In this document: positions 39,401 to 51,780 of the stretch, piece by piece
Layout: every line of letters starts with the position of its first letter
Numbering within the stretch: position 1 is the stretch's first letter
NCBI RefSeq assembly: GCF_001194135.2
Contig: NC_069001.1
Coordinates: forward strand, 8,827,686 to 8,879,970
Source: Octopus bimaculoides
Lineage: Eukaryota
Direction of reading: 5' to 3'
Length of the DNA stretch: 52,285 bases
Made by a program: the position numbers and the translations under genes
The notes under the pieces: generated by a model
What the model was told of the DNA's origin: nothing
What the model saw: the letters and a program-made list of their open reading frames with translations, nothing else
The model's database searches: none

Positions 39401-42400
39401 ACCAGCAACAGCCATGATTACGATAAATATATCTTATATATTATAAATATATCTTGTACACGGATGTTGATGATGATATATATAAAGATATTCTAGCAGT
39501 GACCATCTCCTTTTACTTCGGACAGAATGCATTATCCAGTGTGATACATTAGGCAGTGTATTTTTCCTCGTTGTGTGGTCCCAAGTCAACATTGAACCTG
39601 ATCAAACAGACCTACCATCAAAGTGTTCTGCATGTGTGGAACGGGGATTAAAGTACTGATGATGATCATCACTCTAAATGAATTTATTTTTCTGGTCAAT
39701 AACTTTTCTCAACGTTTATTGCAGTCCTTGTCGATAGTCAATATTAGTTTGTTTGCTTAAGGTGGCAAGCTGGTAAAACCATTAGTATGTGGGGTAAAAT
39801 ACTTAACGGCATTTCGTCTGTCTTTACGTTCTGCATTCAAATTCTACTGGGGTCAACTTTGCATTTCATCCTTTCGGGGTTGATAAAATAAGTACCAGTT
39901 AAAACACTGGGGCCAATCTAATTGACTTACTCCTTCCCCCAGAACTGCTGCTTTTGTACCAAAATTTGAAATCAGTATTTGTTTGTTTGAGGTGGTGAGC
40001 TGGCAGAGTTGTTAGTATGTGGGATAAAAATGCTTAATGGTATTTCAACCATTTTCATGTTCTGAGTTCAAATTCTGCCACAGTCAACTCTTACATTTCA
40101 TTCTTTTGGGGTCGATAAAATAGGTATCAGTTTGAACATTGGGCTCAATGTAATCAACTTACTCCTTCCCCCCAAATTGCTGGCTTTGTGCCAAAATTTG
40201 AAAACAATATTTGTTTTTTTTTCTCTCTCTGGCAGATTTTGGAACCTCAATTAAAAGTGAAGAGAAAAAGGTGTCAAAAATGCTCATTTTTTTTTCTACT
40301 GGACATTCCATCATTATATATCTGGAAAGTTTGTTCAAATTTCTATAATCAATAAACAAAAGTTGTAGAGGAAGAAAAGAGCTACAAAATACCTCATAAA
40401 ACACTACAATATTTTTTGTGCTATTTCAAATAACATTGGAATGAAATGAGTGAATTTATCTGACAACTCAATGTGTGTGTGTGTATGATGGGCTTCTGTA
40501 CAGTTTTCACTTACCTAATTTCACTCAGAAGGCTTCAGTCTATATGATGACACTTACTTGAGATGCTCTACTTTGGGATTGAACTTGAAGCCATGTGATT
40601 GCAAAATAAACTTCTTAACCACATTACCATCTGTGCATCCATGAGTATAACATTTGCATGCTGTGCTGAGAAAGGCAGCGTGACCTGACCTGGTAGTTTA
40701 GCTTTACTATGGGTTAGGGAACAAGCTGCAATAGCCATCTGTTGTTCATTTTCTCTTCACGGTGCACATCTGGGTTTTATTACAAAAACATTAAAGATAT
40801 GATCAAATGTCCTCTATGCCCTCTTGTGTCCTTCATGCTTGCGAGAGCTGTATTAAGTGAATTCTTCCTTTGCTGTTCCTACTTAGGTAGAAACAAGTAC
40901 TTTGCATGGCCATGCTAAAAGCTGATTGGTTCTTCAACCTAACTGACCATTACAATATTCTCCAATACCTCAATAGTATGTATTCATCTAACTCATGCTA
41001 GTATGAAAATAACATGTTATTTGAGTGAATGAATTGTGCAGTAAGATGGTGAATTATCTAAATCGGTTTTGTGGTATTTAGCTGTGTCCTTTTATGTTTT
41101 CTAAGCTCCAATCTCATTTTTCACTCTTGTATGGGTTAATAAGGCACTAGCCAAGTACTACGGTCACACACACACACACACACACACATACACACATAGG
41201 ACTTCTATCCTGTTTCTGACTCCCAAATTCCATGCACAAGGCACAGGTCAACCTGAGATTTACGACAACACTTGTCAAAAGTGCCATGCAGTGGAATCGC
41301 AGTTGAAACCACATAATTGCAGAGCAAGCTCCTTCACCAGACAACCAAATCAGGAATTATTTTAGAGACATTGTTCATCATTTGTCTTTTTTATCTTCTA
41401 TTTTTTTACATGTTTCAATCATTAGACTGTGGCCATGCTGGGGCATCACCTTGAAGAATTTTTGGTTGAATGAATTGATCCCAGTACTTTTTTTTTATAT
41501 TAAGCCTGGTACTTATTCTCTGGTGCAAGCACACCATCATCAGTTGTCAAGTGGTGGTGGAAGACAGACACAGACACAAAAACATGCACATACATGTATG
41601 ACAAGCTTCTTACAGTTTCCATCTACCAAATCCAGTCACATGGCTTTAGTTGGCCTGAGGTTACAGTAGAAGACACTCTAGGTGCCATGCACTGTAACTG
41701 AACCTGGAACCATGTGACTGGGAAGCAAACTTCTTTACCACACAACCACATCTGCACTTATTTTACGATATTTTTCTTTCCCAATGTAAAACAGTGTTAT
41801 CTTTTTTCTGTGTCTGTTTGAGATTCTGCTTTTTAAAAGTAATTTTGATTTGTTTTCCCATCCATGGTTAAACTTGATGTTATGTTTTCGTTCAAATTTT
41901 GTCTTTATTGTTAATGAAATACCACACGCTTATCCCTTAACCCTTTAGTGTTCGCATTATTCTGCCAAAATGAATGCTTTTTCATCCACATTGTTTTGAA
42001 CTAATCATGCATTATCTTGTAGCTATGAGATTTTGATGAAGTAGCTGTTAATTTTTAAAACAATATTGTAGGGTTGGTGTGAGAGACCAGATCTGGCCAG
42101 TTTGAACACAAAATACTTTTGGCCAGTATGGCCGGTTTAAATGCTAAAGGGTTAAATAAAGTTTAGCAATGCATCTACTCGGCAGATAAAAGAGAAAAAA
42201 ATGCAAAATTAGCATGACAATGAATTTACGAATAATGTATATTGGCTTACGATGTAATTACCTTGCTACAAAATTACCAGGTGATGAAATTACAGGCGAT
42301 GTATTTATTGCAGTGTAATTACTCACAATGAATTTACAGTGATGAGTTTACCAGACACTTACAAAACGATCATGGGCCCTGTCCTTCTTCTTCTGACTAA

Positions 42401-44026
42401 GCCATGTAATAATTCAGAAAATGACTATTCACTATACACCGAAATCTGCCAAATCTGTGTAAGGAAACAAACAGAAGGGAAGTTGTAATTGTCGGAGGCA
42501 GTTGTTAGGGCGTAGGATGAAATGCTCTGTGGTGTTTATTTTGAGTTCAGATCTCATAGAGGTCACTGTCACTTTTCATCCTCCTGGGTTGGACAAATAA
42601 AATGTTGTTCTTGGGTGGTGGACTGGCTGAATTGGTAGATCATTGTATAGGATGCTTTACAGCATTTGTTTCTGCTTTTTATGTTTTGAGTTCAAATCCT
42701 GCTGTGGCCTACATGAGCGGTAGGGTTATCCATTATTTGGTTTAACCCCACTTGGCCCTTTGTTACCTTTAGCAAAGTCCACTCTCTGTTGCAAGCAACC
42801 CTACCTCCCTTTGCACAATCTCAAAAGCCTGAGGAAAGGGTTTCTTCTCCCAAGATCTTGTTGGTTTTCAGTTATCATTGATGCTTCTGAAATTTTGCTT
42901 TTTACTAGGTAGGGACGTTTACCTTACGCAAACCCATTTTTATCTCTGGGGAGAGGAGGTCCATGTTAGTCTGGCCTCTATCTTTTGATCTGTCCAACAT
43001 AGGTGGCCCTATCAGAAGCTTGCACTTTGCTGGCATATCTCTCAGTGTCATTGAGGCATACAAGTCACAACACTGCAACAAGGGCTGAACATTGTTAGAA
43101 TAATTCAAATTCCCAAATGTCACCTGTTTTCAGCCAGCAAATATACAGGTATTTAATCATTCTGAATTATGGTTGTGTAGTAAGAAGCTTGCTTCCCAGC
43201 AACATGGTTCCAGGTTCAGTCCCATGGCGTGGTACTTGGGCAAATGTCTTCTACTGTAGCCTCAAGCCGACTAAGGCCTTGTGAGTGGATTTGGTAAACA
43301 GAATCTGAAAGAAGCCTGTCGTGTGTGTGTGTGTGTTTCTGTCTCTGTTTGTCCTCCCCCATTGCTTGACAACCGGTGGTGGTATGTTTAGTGGTTTGGC
43401 AAAAGATACCAATAGAAGAAGTCCTAGACTTCAAAATATAATCAGTCCTAGGGTCAATTTGTTCAGCTAAAACCCTTCAAGGCAGTGCCCCAGTATGGCC
43501 ACAATCAAATGATTGAAACAAATAAAAGATGAAAAGATATTGTTTTTGTCCCTGATTAAGAATATCAAAATTGGGGAATTAACTTTCAGTCTGTTATGTT
43601 GACCGAGCAGCCAACTTCCAGCCAAAGGGGTTTATCTAATGCCAGAGATTTTTGTTTCTCTCATCAAATTTGCTTAATGCCAGGGAAATCAGAACGAAAA
43701 CAAGAAAAACACTGGCTCCCTTCACAGCCTCTCCCACCATAAACCATTTGCCTGGCTGTACGTGTATGTGTATGTGGATGATGTGTGTACGTCTGTGTGA
43801 ATGGGTGTTGGTTCCAGTAAATGATTCTGTCCAAATTTATTTATATATATATATATATATATGTATGTATTTTTTCTTTCACATTCTTTTAGTTGTTCAT
43901 GTTGTTGTTTTCTGGCTTAAAAAAAAGGGTGGTGTTGCTGATGACTAGGGATGTGTCTGTCTTTTTTTCTTTTTTTTATCTCTAAATTGTTTCATAATTC
44001 ATAAAATGACAGCTTGGGAAAAATGC

Positions 44027-44066
<40 letters not shown>

Positions 44067-45886
44067 TGTACAAACATATGCATTGACACACACATATATG
44101 CATATAAAATAAAACTTGCATATGTGTGTGTGCATATATATGTGTATATATATCCCCCCCACACACACATTCATATATCATATTTAAAATGCACATCGAC
44201 ATACCATACAAGCAAAAAAAAAATCAAGAATACATTTACATTCTTGTATTAGTTACATAATACCCTCTCTATGACATGCCCACACCACCAAAATACTAAA
44301 ATAATTATCTGATCTTCAAAGAATCTAATAAATTTAATGTGAAGCCAATTTTTCATGGTGTTGGTGAGGTACCCTTGTTATTGCAGTATGTATTGTTGTT
44401 GCTGTCGTTATTTTTCTTATTAATCTTTCTGATGGTTCATCTGGTATTGTTTTCAGTTCTGTAGGTTCTATGATACACAGTTTTTTACACGGTCTTGTGT
44501 TATTTGTTTGTCTTCCCTCTGCCATATTCTTGTTAATAAATGCAGGCATAGCTTTTGTAGTTAACTCTTTGCCTGTCCCGTGTATTACATGTAATACATG
44601 GGGGCATATTTCTCTGGCGTCTATGCATCATATCTTTGTCTTCTCAAAAAGGAAGAAGGAACAATTATGACTGGAAACAAGACAGGATGGTCATGTCATA
44701 AACGTTATTTGATCAGAGGTCTACTATCACCTAGGTTAAGAACCATTCCATTAGATAATTTAATCCTGCATACCATACCTGTAAAAAGACGAGATGGTTA
44801 GCTGCACTTGCCTTTGATTATAAATCTATCTACATAAGCACCCCTTTGGTTTTATAATGAAGACAATTGATTGGTTTATCTCAGTCAATTAACACACTCT
44901 TTATTTTATCAAAATAATTTTTTTCTTTCCAATGTTACCATAGTTTTTGAAATTCTTGAATGCTCTCTCTCTCTCTCCAGGTACCGGTTGCAATTTTTTC
45001 AAGAGTCTAAAGAAGAGATTGAGAAAAACAAAAAACTAGCAAGGCAGCCATACACTCCAGTGTCAGAGGTGAGATTTCTTCAATTTTTTTTGTACTTTGT
45101 CTCCTAAAAGAAGGTAAATCATGGATTTGGTAAAAAAAATCTGTTAAAGTTCATTCCCCACCAACACCACTAACTTCATGTGCTACTAATACTACACTAT
45201 CCTACCGTCTATCACTAATACCCTCCCCCATGTACTACTACTATTCTACCACCCCCATGTACTAATGCTCTACTACCTCCTACCCATGCACTAATACTTT
45301 ACTACCCCTCACATACTAATGCTCCACAACCCCTTGTACTACTACTACCAATACTACTACTCCCCTTATGTACTAATGTTCCACTACCCCTTCTACTACT
45401 ACTACTACTCCCCTCATGTACTAATTCGCCACTCCCTTTGTACTACTATTACTACTCCCCTCATATACTAATGCTCCACTACCCCCTTGTACTACCACTA
45501 CTACTACTACTCCCCTCATGTACTAATTCACCACTCCCCTTGTACTACTATTACTACTCCCCTCATGTACTAATGCTCCACTACCCCCTTGTACTGCTAC
45601 TACTACTACCACTCTATTGTCCCCTATGTACTAATACTCTACTATCCCTCTTACTACTACTACTACCCCTCGTATCCCCTTGTACTGCTTCCTCTATCCC
45701 CTTCATTATAACCCATATTTTATTACTAATTTTATGTGTTTTCATTTTGTTTTACAGAAAGATCTAGAAGTGGACCTTGAGACAATTTATTTACCAGGGT
45801 CTGTGCTGGACATCCCTAAACGGCCACCGTGGGATTACAAACTAACCAAAGAACAACTGGATGTAAAAGAAGAAGAATATTTTAAG
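22907..45886 (+). CDS. GNL1: Guanine nucleotide-binding protein-like 1 (GNL1/HSR1 large GTPase), 5'-partial CDS: 4 exons, 420 nt = 140 aa; gene continues past the window
   Basis: Exons 22907-22988, 32651-32771, 44981-45068 and 45758-45886 join in frame with GT-AG introns. The N-terminus MPRKKPFSVKQKKKQLQDKRER and the segments NRYRLQF and PGSVLDIPKRPPW match GNL1. Confidence 0.95.
25195..25640 (-). mobile_element. RTE 3' end including an ORF2 remnant
   Basis: The minus strand gives PRKT*DEVLKNNLRKLNLSGEMTKDGVTWHLAILKK followed by the shared 3'UTR. Confidence 0.7.
26032..26180 (+). mobile_element. SINE family B, 5' part
   Basis: GGCGCAGAAGTGGCTGTGTGGTAAGTAGC...GGTTCAGTCCC. Confidence 0.85.
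26480..26900 (+). pseudogene. Decayed RTE (BovB-like) ORF2 C-terminal fragment
   Basis: Frameshifted CWSGHII...RQLLLAELA..RPHGDPK / DQLNSTLLHCSIDPNVWE...RW...EG...E..R..EAKIRCRRCKE / C.QLF....GLNN.LRH parallels the RTE motifs RWAGHV..KQLLYGEL..G.PK.RFKD.LK..ID...WE..RIGL.SH. Confidence 0.75.
27213..27432. mobile_element. piggyBac-type MITE, family 1 (220 bp)
   Basis: TTAA|CCCTTTAG...CTAAACAG|TTAA; inverted relative to 3643-3863. Confidence 0.78.
27791..28385. repeat. 127-bp tandem repeat, at least 4 copies, interrupted by an N gap
   Basis: ACACATTGA anchors at 27791, 27918, 28097, 28224 and 28351 (spacing 127 where no gap intervenes). Confidence 0.92.
28605..29175 (+). mobile_element. SINE A + MITE fragment + alternative-tail/SINE A composite
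   Basis: Two family A bodies separated by a segment homologous to 33725-33860. Confidence 0.8.
30032..30252. repeat. Long fold-back inverted repeat (~90-bp paired arms)
   Basis: ATAGATAGTCGC...CTTATTTGTT pairs with AACAAATAAG...GCGACTATCTAT; central spacer about 25 nt. Confidence 0.92.
31540..32100 (-). mobile_element. SINE family B, full-length, with an internal (TA)n that contains an N gap
   Basis: Head at about 32100, family tail at about 31540; colinear with 47705-48116. Confidence 0.85.
32651..32771 (+). CDS. GNL1: GNL1 exon 2 (E-RKGKYYNSTSSDSEPQAPPRVAKLYEQPVKSSDIKSNLN-R)
   Basis: Acceptor ttttgtcttgcAG, donor CAG|GTAAGT; phase 1->2; aligns with the IRRLNQQP...NR segment. Confidence 0.92.
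33215..33727 (+). mobile_element. Tandem SINE A copies, the first fused to an alternative 3' tail
   Basis: Tail GCCCCTTGTGGGCA.TAAAGAAATAAG is joined to AAACGTTAGCA; a second full copy starts at about 33519. Confidence 0.82.
33730..34024. mobile_element. Fold-back MITE with a mariner-like right end
   Basis: Imperfect inverted arms about 33730-33830 versus 33860-33962; the right terminus reads TATAGGGTTGTCCGAAAG on the minus strand. Confidence 0.55.
34620..34895 (+). mobile_element. SINE A with an internal 82-bp tandem duplication
   Basis: CGTTCTGAGTTCAAATTCCACCGAG begins at both 34689 and 34771. Confidence 0.82.
36050..36660 (-). mobile_element. Degenerate SINE B with an expanded internal (TACA)n microsatellite
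   Basis: Family B segments flank a ~150-bp TACA tract. Confidence 0.65.
37490..37795 (+). mobile_element. RTE 3' tail element, well preserved, with (GAC/GAT)n tail
   Basis: GGTTGGCGTTAGGAAGGGCATCCAGC...CATGGAAAGCGGACGTTAAAC(GAT)n. Confidence 0.82.
38140..38380 (-). mobile_element. SINE A, full copy with the alternative tail
   Basis: The reverse complement shows the body followed by TTAATCCATTTGTCTGTCC...GAAATAAGAA. Confidence 0.85.
39760..40205 (+). mobile_element. Two tandem SINE A copies
   Basis: Heads AAGGTGGCAAGCTGG (~39760) and GAGGTGGTGAGCTGG (~39990), each ending CAAAATTTGAAA. Confidence 0.82.
41395..41755 (-). mobile_element. SINE family B, reverse
   Basis: Colinear with 47705-48116. 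Confidence 0.75.
41941..42151. mobile_element. piggyBac-type MITE, family 1, intact (211 bp)
   Basis: TTAA|CCCTTTAG...CTAAAGGG|TTAA. Confidence 0.88.
43170..43540 (+). mobile_element. SINE family B, near full-length, with internal (TG)n
   Basis: Head GGTTCAGTCCC, body, and tail GCCACAATCAAATGATTGAAAC. Confidence 0.82.
44981..45068 (+). CDS. GNL1: GNL1 exon 3 (YRLQFFQESKEEIEKNKKLARQPYTPVSE)
   Basis: Acceptor (ct)n ccAG, donor GAG|GTGAGA; phase 2->0; matches YRLHF...SREEVE. Confidence 0.95.
45170..45700. repeat. Low-complexity TAC/CCC tandem repeat filling most of GNL1 intron 3
   Basis: Recurrent TACTACTCCCCTCATGTACTAAT units with a ~100-bp higher-order duplication. Confidence 0.85.
45758..45886 (+). 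CDS. GNL1: GNL1 exon 4 (KDLEVDLETIYLPGSVLDIPKRPPWDYKLTKEQLDVKEEEYFK)
   Basis: Acceptor ttttgttttacAG, donor AAG|GTTCTA; contains the conserved PGSVLD.P.RPPW motif. Confidence 0.96.
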
Positions 45887-46194
45887 GTTCTATTTCTTTG
45901 TTTATTTATTTATTGCTCTTTTCTGAGCCCCACCTCTCTCCACTTTTTTTCTGTTTTGTATCAGCTGGGGTTGTATTGATAGGCTGGCTGTAGTGGCTTA
46001 GCTTGTTCATATATTGATTTGAAACACTACAAATAAGAGAGAAACAAAATTAATTGTAGGAATAACTAAGAAATCCAAGTGTTTTGGGAAAATTTTGAGT
46101 AGAGTTGCTGGTGGGTTGAGCATGTGACATTTTGGGCCTTTTTTAAAGACCTCCTCCACCAGTGAAGGCGTTGAGCTCACAATCATGAGGCAGC

Positions 46195-46925
46195 AACTTC
46201 AGGAGAGGGGATGAGTCAATTATATCGACCCTGGTGTTCAACTGGTACTTAATTTAATTTATTGACCCCGAAAGGATGAATGGTAAAGTCGACCTCAGCG
46301 GAATTTGAACTCTGAACATAGCGACGAGTGAAATACCGCTAAGCATTTCACCTGGCGTCCTAACTATTCTGCCAGCTCGCTGTCTTTTTCATTTTAATAA
46401 TAATAATAATAACAATAATAATAATAATAATAATAATAATGATAACAAAAAGAATTATAATGGTTTCAAATTTTGGCACAAGGCCAGCAATTTAAGGGGA
46501 GGAGACTAGTCAATTAAAACCGGCCCCAGTACTCAGTTGGTACTTATTTTATTGAGCCCGAAAGGATGAAAGGCAAAGTCAACCTTGATGGCATCTGAAC
46601 TCAGGATGTAACAATGAATCAATTGCTGCTAAGCATTTTGTCCAGCATGCTAATGGTTCTGTCAGCTTGCTGCCATAATAATGATGATGATGATGATAAT
46701 AATAAAAATAATAATAATAATAACAACAACAAAGCCTAAAATTTGGTATGGAGGAGACTAGTCGATTACATCAACCTCAGTGTTTGACTGGTACTTAATT
46801 TATCGACCCTGAAAGGATGAAAGGCGAAGTTGACTCCAGCAGAGTTTGAACCCAGAACATAAAGACTGACAAAAAGCTGTAAGCATTTTGTTCAGTGTGC
46901 TAACAATTCTATCAGCTCGCTGCCT
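46195..46925 (-). mobile_element. Three head-to-tail reverse SINE A copies separated by (AAT)n/(GAT)n
   Basis: Copies at about 46200-46385, 46445-46675 and 46735-46925. Confidence 0.85.
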
Positions 46926-47704
46926 TACATAATAATTATAATAATCTTACTATAATGGGTGTTATATCCGTCTGTCTGTTTGTTCCCTTTTCATGGTCAA
47001 ACAGCTGAACCAATGGCCACAATGATTTTCGGGATTATGAAGGAGGTAATCAGGAATGTTTTTAGTGAAAAAAATGTGATTTTGTTAAAATTCCAGCGAC
47101 GAGGATTAACTCTGGGTCCCCCCTGCACACCGCTGTATAGTTAGTGAATTTAGAGGGTTTAGATTTGCGATACTTTCCCTTTATTTTCCATTGTAGATGG
47201 ACAGATTCCTAAAGATTCCACTTGCGCATTCTCAACAAACAAAGCACAGGGCCAGACTTTGGATCATGAAAAGAGTACATGTACATAAGTTATTCACCTT
47301 TTGAGACCCTCCCCCACACACATGCATGCACAAACATGCACACACACACATGCACACACCAAGTGTCATTGACACTAGGAAAACCAAGTTAATGATGGAA
47401 AATTTCCAAAGTACACACTTTTAAATTCTATTACTATAGCTGTACCTAAACTTGCCAAGAAATTGCAGTTCTGATAGAACAATAACCTAAATGATGGTTC
47501 TTAGTTAAATTACTTTCTCATCATGAAACTGCAATTAATGAGGAGAACCTTAGTTAAAAGAACGGAAATTACTTGAAATGTTGGCTGTTGTTCTGTGTTT
47601 TCTCTCTTGTCATTTTGTCATTGACCAAATTATAGCCAGGATTGCCGTGTAGCACCAAATCAACACTGACTGAGTAAACCGTTGACCAAAAGTATTCACA
47701 ACAT

Positions 47705-47913
47705 ACTTTTATGTACTTTTACTTTTTCCAGTCATTTGACTGCGGCCATGCTGGTGCAGTGCCTTCAGTCGAACAAATCAACCCTAGAACTTATTCTTTG
47801 TAAGCCTAGTTCTTATTCTATCGGTCTCTTTTTTGCTGAACCGCTAAGTTACGGGGACGTAAACACACCAGCATCGGTTGTCAAGCAATGGTGGGGGAGA
47901 CAAACACACATAC

Positions 47914-47958
<45 letters not shown>

Positions 47959-48116
47959 TACGACGGGCTTCTTTCAGTTTCCGTCTACCAAATCCACTCA
48001 CAAGGCTTTGGTCGGCCCGAAGCTATAGTGGAAGACACTTGCCCAAGGTGCCACGCAGTGGGACTGAACCCGGAACCATGTGGTTGGTAAGCAAGCTACT
48101 TACCACACAGCCACAC
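47705..48116 (-). mobile_element. SINE family B, full-length, little-diverged copy with internal (TA)n/(TATG)n
   Basis: Complete head-to-tail match to the family; explains supplied ORF 47682..48128. Confidence 0.9.
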
Positions 48117-48533
48117 CTATGCCTATAATTGTTAAAATATAATTGTTAAAATATTTTGTGTATTGCACTAGAATAATCAATTTATTACAGATAAATTTTA
48201 ACAAACAAAATCTTATATGGACCCCTAAGGGCTACATGGATCTCAGTTGAGAACCATAGCTCTACAGAAGATACCTTCAAGGCTTCCCTAACATACACAC
48301 ACACACATGCGCATATACATTCTCTATGTTTTCTCTCTGTCTCTCTTTCTCATACACACGCCAGACTGGGAACTGGAGATCCTAAAGCCCTCCAATTTTT
48401 CATTGTTGACATTTTCGTATAAATGTCAGTTCTTTTCTATTTCTTATATTGTCTTTCATAAACTCCACTGAGCAGAGTTGTCAACTTGAGTACTCTTAAC
48501 ATACACCCATATAATTACTACTGGCAATGAATT

Positions 48534-48574
<41 letters not shown>

Positions 48575-50269
48575 ATTGACTAACTCACACCCACACTTAA
48601 TTGACTGTCACACGCACACACTAAGAAACAGATACATACACAGAGGCATTCACAAAAAAACTGACAACACATTCATACAGCTAGACACATGCACGGAGAC
48701 ACGTACAGTTATTTGTTCACACACACACAGTCTCATAGGTGCTAAGGTCCTCATACATAATGTATATAGTCAGACATATGCACACACACACACACACACA
48801 CAGACACACACACACACACATATACACTTAATATCTAACAGTCACGAGGGTAGCGTAAAAGAAACACCACCATCATCATCATCATCATCATTATTTATAT
48901 GAAGAATAAGGTTATACAACACTTCCATCTCAGCTGTAGCACACCACTACTACTAATGAGTTGATAATATTGTTTGCTATTTATGCCTTAGATACCCCCC
49001 CCCCCATCCTGAACAGTAACACTACTCCCACTAGCAGGAATACAATCAACACTGACACTCCTAACAACAGTACCACCACTACTACCACTGCCACCACTAT
49101 CTCTAAACAGAATTACCGCCAAGGACACAATCACTAAAAGTATGAGCATCACCAACACTACTACAAATTCCACTTCCTCTAAGAACACAGCCGCCTTCAA
49201 CGTGACCACCAACACCACCGTTCTTAACACTATCAATTCTATCACCAACATCACCACCATCCCAAGCCATTCTCAGACACCATCATGCTAAATCATAAGC
49301 AAAACTACCCTGGCATGAGAGTCAGAGTACCTTTCTGTATGAGACTGTGCCACATGGATCTCTCAGCTGCAAGAGTCTTCCATGACTCTCGATTCCTGCT
49401 ACTTTTCTATGGGTTTGGGGCCTTGAAAGTGTTATTGTCATGTCTGTACTGTCCATTGGTCAGACATTTTCCCTTCTATCAACTCACTGTAGAAAAGATA
49501 CTTTGGTTGTTCTTTGTTATCTTATTCTGGCAATACAATTAGACCAGTACAGCTGGGTTCCATGTAGCACATATTGGATGCTGGGCAACACTGCATGATT
49601 GTAGTAGACCTCAGTGTCTGGGAATTTGTCCAACCAATGAACATGCAACATTTTGTGTCAAAAGTTTGGGTAGAATTTTATTAGGTTTCTTGTTTTTTGC
49701 CTGCTATAAACAGTCCATGTTTTACTAAAACTGTCAGAACAATGGCTCTGTATATAAACCTTCAGTATGGTTAGTGGCTGATACCCTTTCTTGTCCAGAA
49801 ATTCTAGTGATGTCTATTGAAGGCAATACTGGTGAACTATTGAACGCAATACAGGTGAACAATACAGAATTGTGAACACCAGTTCATGATTCTGTTGTTT
49901 TCTTTGCTGATGGTGGTAATTCTCGAGAGAGTATTATCAATGTATATTGGTGGTTCTTGAAACAGCAGCTAAATCTCCCTCAAATCATACTATACTGTCT
50001 AAAAAATGTGAAACGCACATTAAAAAGAGCAGTTTTAGATATGCAAAAAAATGACAGGATGATCATGGTTAGATTGTTTTTGACCATTGTCTACTTGGTC
50101 ACCAATGACCTTGGGCTAAATATCGACAGCAACCACAAACAAACAGACTTACAAACACTACCTTATAAAGTTCTGTGTCCTCTCACTGGCTTTTCTACTG
50201 CTACTGCAGTATTTCCTGCTCCTCTGGTTTATCCGAATGATGTAGTTCGCCCCCCCCCCACTTCCTTTC

Positions 50270-51560
50270 CATGTCCTCTCGTCACACTCTTACCATTGTC
50301 ACATATGAAAGCATCTTTCCCCAATCTACCACCACCACTGAACCCACCACCATCACCACGGCTATCTTCACCTCCACCACCATCATCACCACAACTACTA
50401 TGACAGCTATTATCACCATCACCACTATAGTGGCCACCACTACCAAAATAGCAACTACCAACGCTACCACCATCACCATCATCATCATCACCATAACTAC
50501 TACCTTCACCATGATGGCTACCACTACTACTATGATCTCTGCTATTTTCCTTCCACATNNNNNNNNNNNNNNNNNNNNNNNNNNNNNNNNNNNNNNNNNN
50601 NNNNNNNNNNNNNNNNNNNNNNNNNNNNNNNNNNNNNNNNNNNNNNNNNNNNNNNNNNNNNNNNNNNNNNNNNNNNNNNNNNNNNNNNNNNNNNNNNNNN
50701 NNNNNNNNNNNNNNNNNNNNNNNNNNNNNNNNNNNNNNNNNNNNNNNNNNNNNNNNNNNNNNNNNNNNNNNNNNNNNNNNNNNNNNNNNNNNNNNNNNNN
50801 NNNNNNNNNNNNNNNNNNNNNNNNNNNNNNNNNNNNNNNNNNNNNNNNNNNNNNNNNNNNNNNNNNNNNNNNNNAAAACTGAACAATGGCTCTGTTAACA
50901 CCTGTCTAGGACATCATCACCACCACTACTAACATCACCACCGTTGTCACTACCACCTCCCTGACTATCACTATCACCATTACTACCACCACAGCCACCA
51001 CCACTGCCACTACTACCACTACCATTACTACCACCACAACCACTGTCACCACCACCACTGTTACCACCATCATCACCACCACCACCACTATCACAACCAC
51101 AACCATCACCACTACCACATCACTCCCATTAACACTCATTACAATCAGCATCATAACTTCCACTACTATCACCACCACCACTACCACTACCACCACCACC
51201 ACCACCACCACCACTACTACCATCGCCACCACCAACACTACCACCACATCACTTCCATTAACACTATCATTATATAATTTCCACCAATGTCACCACCACC
51301 ACCACTACCAATACCACTGTCACCATCACCACATCAACACTACAACTACAATCATCATCATCATAACTTCCACCACTGTCACCACCACCAACACATCCAC
51401 AACTAGTACCTGGTGTTGGCAAGGTATTGACCACTCAACAACATCAACATCATTATTAACACCTGTCCTTTGTCCACTACCACCACCACCTCCACAGGCA
51501 CTGGCATCATTAACTCCTTCCACCACCATATCGCAATTATCCCTAATGGCAATACATCAT
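50270..51560. repeat. Trinucleotide (CAC/TAC/CAT)n low-complexity tract with an N gap
   Basis: Direct reading; gives spurious poly-Thr and poly-Val ORFs. Confidence 0.92.
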
Positions 51561-51659
51561 CGTTGTCATCACATTCACTACTATTACAACCAATTCCACA
51601 AACTCTAGGAATATCACTGTTGCTGTTATTATTATCATTACCATTCTGCCGAGATGGAC

Positions 51660-51780
51660 TTTGGCATTCATCCTTTTGGGGGGTCGATAAAATAAGTACT
51701 TTGAGCACGGGGTTCTATATAATCAACTTACCCCTTTCCTTGAAATTTCTGGCCTTGTGCCAAAATTTGAAACCATTATT
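51660..51780 (+). mobile_element. SINE A, 3' part, followed by (TTA)n
   Basis: GGGGTCGATAAAATAAGTAC...GTGCCAAAATTTGAAACC. Confidence 0.8.

Noticed and set aside
45887-45979. In-frame read-through of GNL1 exon 4 into the intron past the weak GTTCTA donor
   Set aside because: The extension is a U-rich intronic tract with no homology and gives no evidence of being functional.
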